A model generated the notes under the pieces. The model saw only the letters and a list, made by a program, of their open reading frames with translations, did not search any database and was not told the origin of the DNA. Made by a program: the position numbers and the translations under genes. A stretch of DNA of 64,000 bases from Vulcanimicrobiota bacterium (lineage in GTDB: Bacteria; Vulcanimicrobiota; Vulcanimicrobiia; Vulcanimicrobiales; Vulcanimicrobiaceae): NCBI GenBank assembly GCA_963714015.1, contig OY970223.1, forward strand, positions 2,944,001-3,008,000, in the 5' to 3' direction. Each line of letters starts with the position of its first letter. Positions within the stretch are counted from its first letter, which is position 1. Below are positions 61,539 to 64,000 of the stretch, piece by piece.

Positions 61539-62606
61539 ATGGAATCTACAATCGGAATCGCGCTGCTGGGCCGCGGAACCGTGGGCGGCGGCGTAGCCGG
61601 ACTGCTCGAACAGCGCCGCGATCGCATCGAGCGGCGCGCCGGTGCGCGATACAACGTTTTGGGCGTGGCCGACCGCACTCACGATCCGCTGCAGCTGGTA
61701 GACGATCCTCGAACGGATCTGGTGATCGAGTGCATCGGCGGGACCCGGATTGCGCTCGAATGCATCGAGCGCGCACTCGAGAACCGCAAACACGTCGTCA
61801 CCGCCAACAAAGACGCTATCGCCACGCAAGGGCCGCGCTTGCGAGCGTTGGCGGACGCCAAGGGCGTGACGCTGCGGTACGAGGCATCGGTGGCAAGTGC
61901 CGTGCCGATCATCTCAACCCTCGATCACGCGTTGGCAGGGGACGAGATCGTCGAAGTCGGCGGCGTATTGAACGGCACGTGCAACTTCATCTTGGGCAAG
62001 ATGCGCGGCGGAAATACCTTCGGCGAAGCGCTGAGGCAAGCGCAGCACGCCGGCTATGCCGAGGCGGATCCCCGCAATGACGTCGAGGGGATAGACGCCT
62101 CGCACAAGCTCGCGATCCTCATTCAGCACGCGTTCGGCCAACCGATCGTGTCGTCGCGCATTCCTCGGACCGGAATCACGGCCCTAACCAGTGCAGCGGT
62201 GCGCCGCGCGCGACAGCACGGATACGAACTCAAACTCTTGGGTTACGCTCGCAAAACCTCGGCCGGCATCGACGCCGAGGTCGGTCCGATACTCGTCCCG
62301 TTCTCTCATCCGTTCTCCAAAGTCGAGGGAGTCGACAACGTCGTGCGCGTCGTGGGCGTCTCTTCTGGTCCGCTGATCTTTAGCGGGGCCGGTGCGGGCC
62401 GGGACGCCGCGGCGGCGGCCGTCCTGGGCGACGTCGTCGCATCGCTGCGCGCGATTACCGAGCGCCATGGCATTCGCAAAAATCATTTGACCGCCTACGC
62501 CACGCAGCCCGTAACCGGTGCATTCGAACATTTTCCCGAGTTTGCCGGTTTTCCGGTGCTCACTGCCCCGCGCTACGACGTGCTGCCGGCAGCGGTTCCA
62601 TGTTAG
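61539..62606 (+). CDS. hom: Homoserine dehydrogenase (no clear C-terminal ACT domain)
   Basis: LGRGTVGGG, VVTANK, YEASV, LNGTCNFIL, GYAEADP..DVEG; GGAGG SD. Confidence 0.93.
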   Translation: MESTIGIALLGRGTVGGGVAGLLEQRRDRIERRAGARYNVLGVADRTHDPLQLVDDPRTDLVIECIGGTRIALECIERALENRKHVVTANKDAIATQGPRLRALADAKGVTLRYEASVASAVPIISTLDHALAGDEIVEVGGVLNGTCNFILGKMRGGNTFGEALRQAQHAGYAEADPRNDVEGIDASHKLAILIQHAFGQPIVSSRIPRTGITALTSAAVRRARQHGYELKLLGYARKTSAGIDAEVGPILVPFSHPFSKVEGVDNVVRVVGVSSGPLIFSGAGAGRDAAAAAVLGDVVASLRAITERHGIRKNHLTAYATQPVTGAFEHFPEFAGFPVLTAPRYDVLPAAVPC

Positions 62607-63550
62607 TGCTCGACGAAGCAACGATCTCCGTCGGTCCGCTCGAGCTTCGCTGCGGCGCTCGTTTAGAGAACGTCGAACAGCGCGTCACCACTTACGGCGA
62701 TCCGAAGAACCCCGCCGTCCTCGTCGCCCACGCGTTAACCGGAAACAGCCGCGTTGCGGATTGGTGGAGCGATCTTGCGGGCTCCGGCAAGCCAATCGAT
62801 CCCGAACGGTATTTCGTGATCGGGATCAACGTGCTCGGCAGTTGTTACGGATCCACCGGCCCGGCGTCGGTTCCAAATTTCCCGTATATCACGGTTGCGG
62901 ACATCGTCGCTGCGCAGGCGCGCGTCTTGGACGTGCTTGGCGTGCAGCGCCTCACGCTCGTCATCGGCGCCTCCCTCGGCGGTATGCAGGCACTGCAGTG
63001 GGCAGTCGACTACCCGGATCGCGTTCAAAAGGCGGTCATGGTGGGGTCGCACGATCATCAGTCCGCGATGGGCATCGCATTGAACGCCGTACAGCGCGAC
63101 GCGATCGCTTTGGATCCGGAGGGCGGTTTGCGCTTGGCTCGCAAGATCGCAATGCTCTCGTACAAGAGCGACGCGCTCTTCAAGGACCGTCACGATCGGC
63201 GCGGCGATCGCAAGAAGCGCTTCCGCTTCGACGTGGAGGGGTACCTCGAGTACCAAGCCGATCTGTTCGCCGCGAGAATGCATGCGAGCAGCTACGCAAC
63301 GCTCACGCGGGCGATGGATTCATTCGACGTTCGCGGATACGACGTCCACGCAAGGGAGCTGCCTGAATTGATCTTCGTGGGCATCTCCTCGGACTGGCTC
63401 TTTCTGCCACAAGACGTTCGTGCGGCAGCCGAGCGCTTCGCTTCGCTCGGCCACCGCAGCGTTTATGAAGAGATCGCCTCAACGCATGGCCACGACGCCT
63501 TTCTGGCTGAGCCGCGCGCGTTCGCCGAGATCCTTTTAGCGCATTTGTAG
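62600..63550 (+). CDS. metX: Homoserine O-acetyl(succinyl)transferase
   Basis: HALTGNS, NVLGSCYGSTGP, IGASLGGMQALQW, DWLF, HGHDAFL. Confidence 0.92.
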   Translation: MLVLDEATISVGPLELRCGARLENVEQRVTTYGDPKNPAVLVAHALTGNSRVADWWSDLAGSGKPIDPERYFVIGINVLGSCYGSTGPASVPNFPYITVADIVAAQARVLDVLGVQRLTLVIGASLGGMQALQWAVDYPDRVQKAVMVGSHDHQSAMGIALNAVQRDAIALDPEGGLRLARKIAMLSYKSDALFKDRHDRRGDRKKRFRFDVEGYLEYQADLFAARMHASSYATLTRAMDSFDVRGYDVHARELPELIFVGISSDWLFLPQDVRAAAERFASLGHRSVYEEIASTHGHDAFLAEPRAFAEILLAHL

Positions 63551-63560
63551 TGTCAGGGCA

Positions 63561-64000
63561 CTAGGAACATCCGTTGCCGGTCGTGGTTAGGACGTACGCG
63601 TCGTACGGTTGAACGGTCAGCGGATTCGAAATCGGCCGGCCCTCGACATCAGTGTACGTCAGACCTGACGGCAGATTGATGCTTTGCGCCGCGCTGGCGC
63701 TGTTGTTTACGACGACCAGTCCCTTAGTGAACAGACGCTCGTACATCGAGTATCCGGGCGTTGTGTAAGCGCCGCACGGCGGTCCCAGCTTCGTGGCGTA
63801 GACGTACCGGTATGAGTAAATGTCTCCCGTCGACGCGGAAACGTAAAGCGCTGCGCCGCCGTTGTTGCCCAGCTGATAGGATGCTAGCGAGAAGTCCATC
63901 TGTGAAGGCGTCACTTTCTTCTCGCACGGGATGCCGCCGTTCTCACACCAATAGTCGACGACGAAGAATGCTACGTGATTCTGCTGCACGTAGTCCATGT
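63561..64000 (-). CDS. C-terminus of secreted putative glycoside hydrolase (GHL15-like)
   Basis: FSLASYQL...LGPPCG...YERLFTKGLVVVN pattern; 5' end outside window. Confidence 0.55.
   Translation of the reverse strand, partial: MDYVQQNHVAFFVVDYWCENGGIPCEKKVTPSQMDFSLASYQLGNNGGAALYVSASTGDIYSYRYVYATKLGPPCGAYTTPGYSMYERLFTKGLVVVNNSASAAQSINLPSGLTYTDVEGRPISNPLTVQPYDAYVLTTTGNGCS

Overview
GC-rich bacterial chromosome segment. Many lipoproteins, TonB-domain proteins and the general gene style suggest a diderm soil bacterium, possibly Eremiobacterota/Vulcanimicrobiota (inference only). 1-14 kb is an accessory zone built around three tRNA genes (Asp-GTC, Val-CAC, Val-GAC). Two of these tRNAs have a duplicated 3' fragment 0.9-1.7 kb downstream, delimiting tiny integrase-free islets; one islet carries an intact IS3-family element. 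This zone also holds a bacterial topoisomerase IB and a BlaI/M56-TonB module with a perfect palindromic operator. 14-34 kb carries secreted and lipoprotein genes, a GGDEF protein, ispH, galK, thrS and stress-type oxidoreductases. 34-52 kb carries a long sugar-oxidation-like operon next to an actinobacterial-type cytochrome bcc-aa3 gene set. 52-64 kb carries tsaD, a complete arg cluster with ARG boxes, and hom-metX. The most interesting unannotated signals are (i) two leader-peptide transcription attenuators, one leaderless and Cys/Met/Thr-rich upstream of hom-metX and one upstream of an unknown 64-aa protein, (ii) a recurring GGGTA(T/C/A) promoter-like element a few bases before stress-type genes, and (iii) the tRNA-fragment islets. 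About 15 genes contain short frameshifting indels (mostly single extra bases) that are most likely long-read errors.
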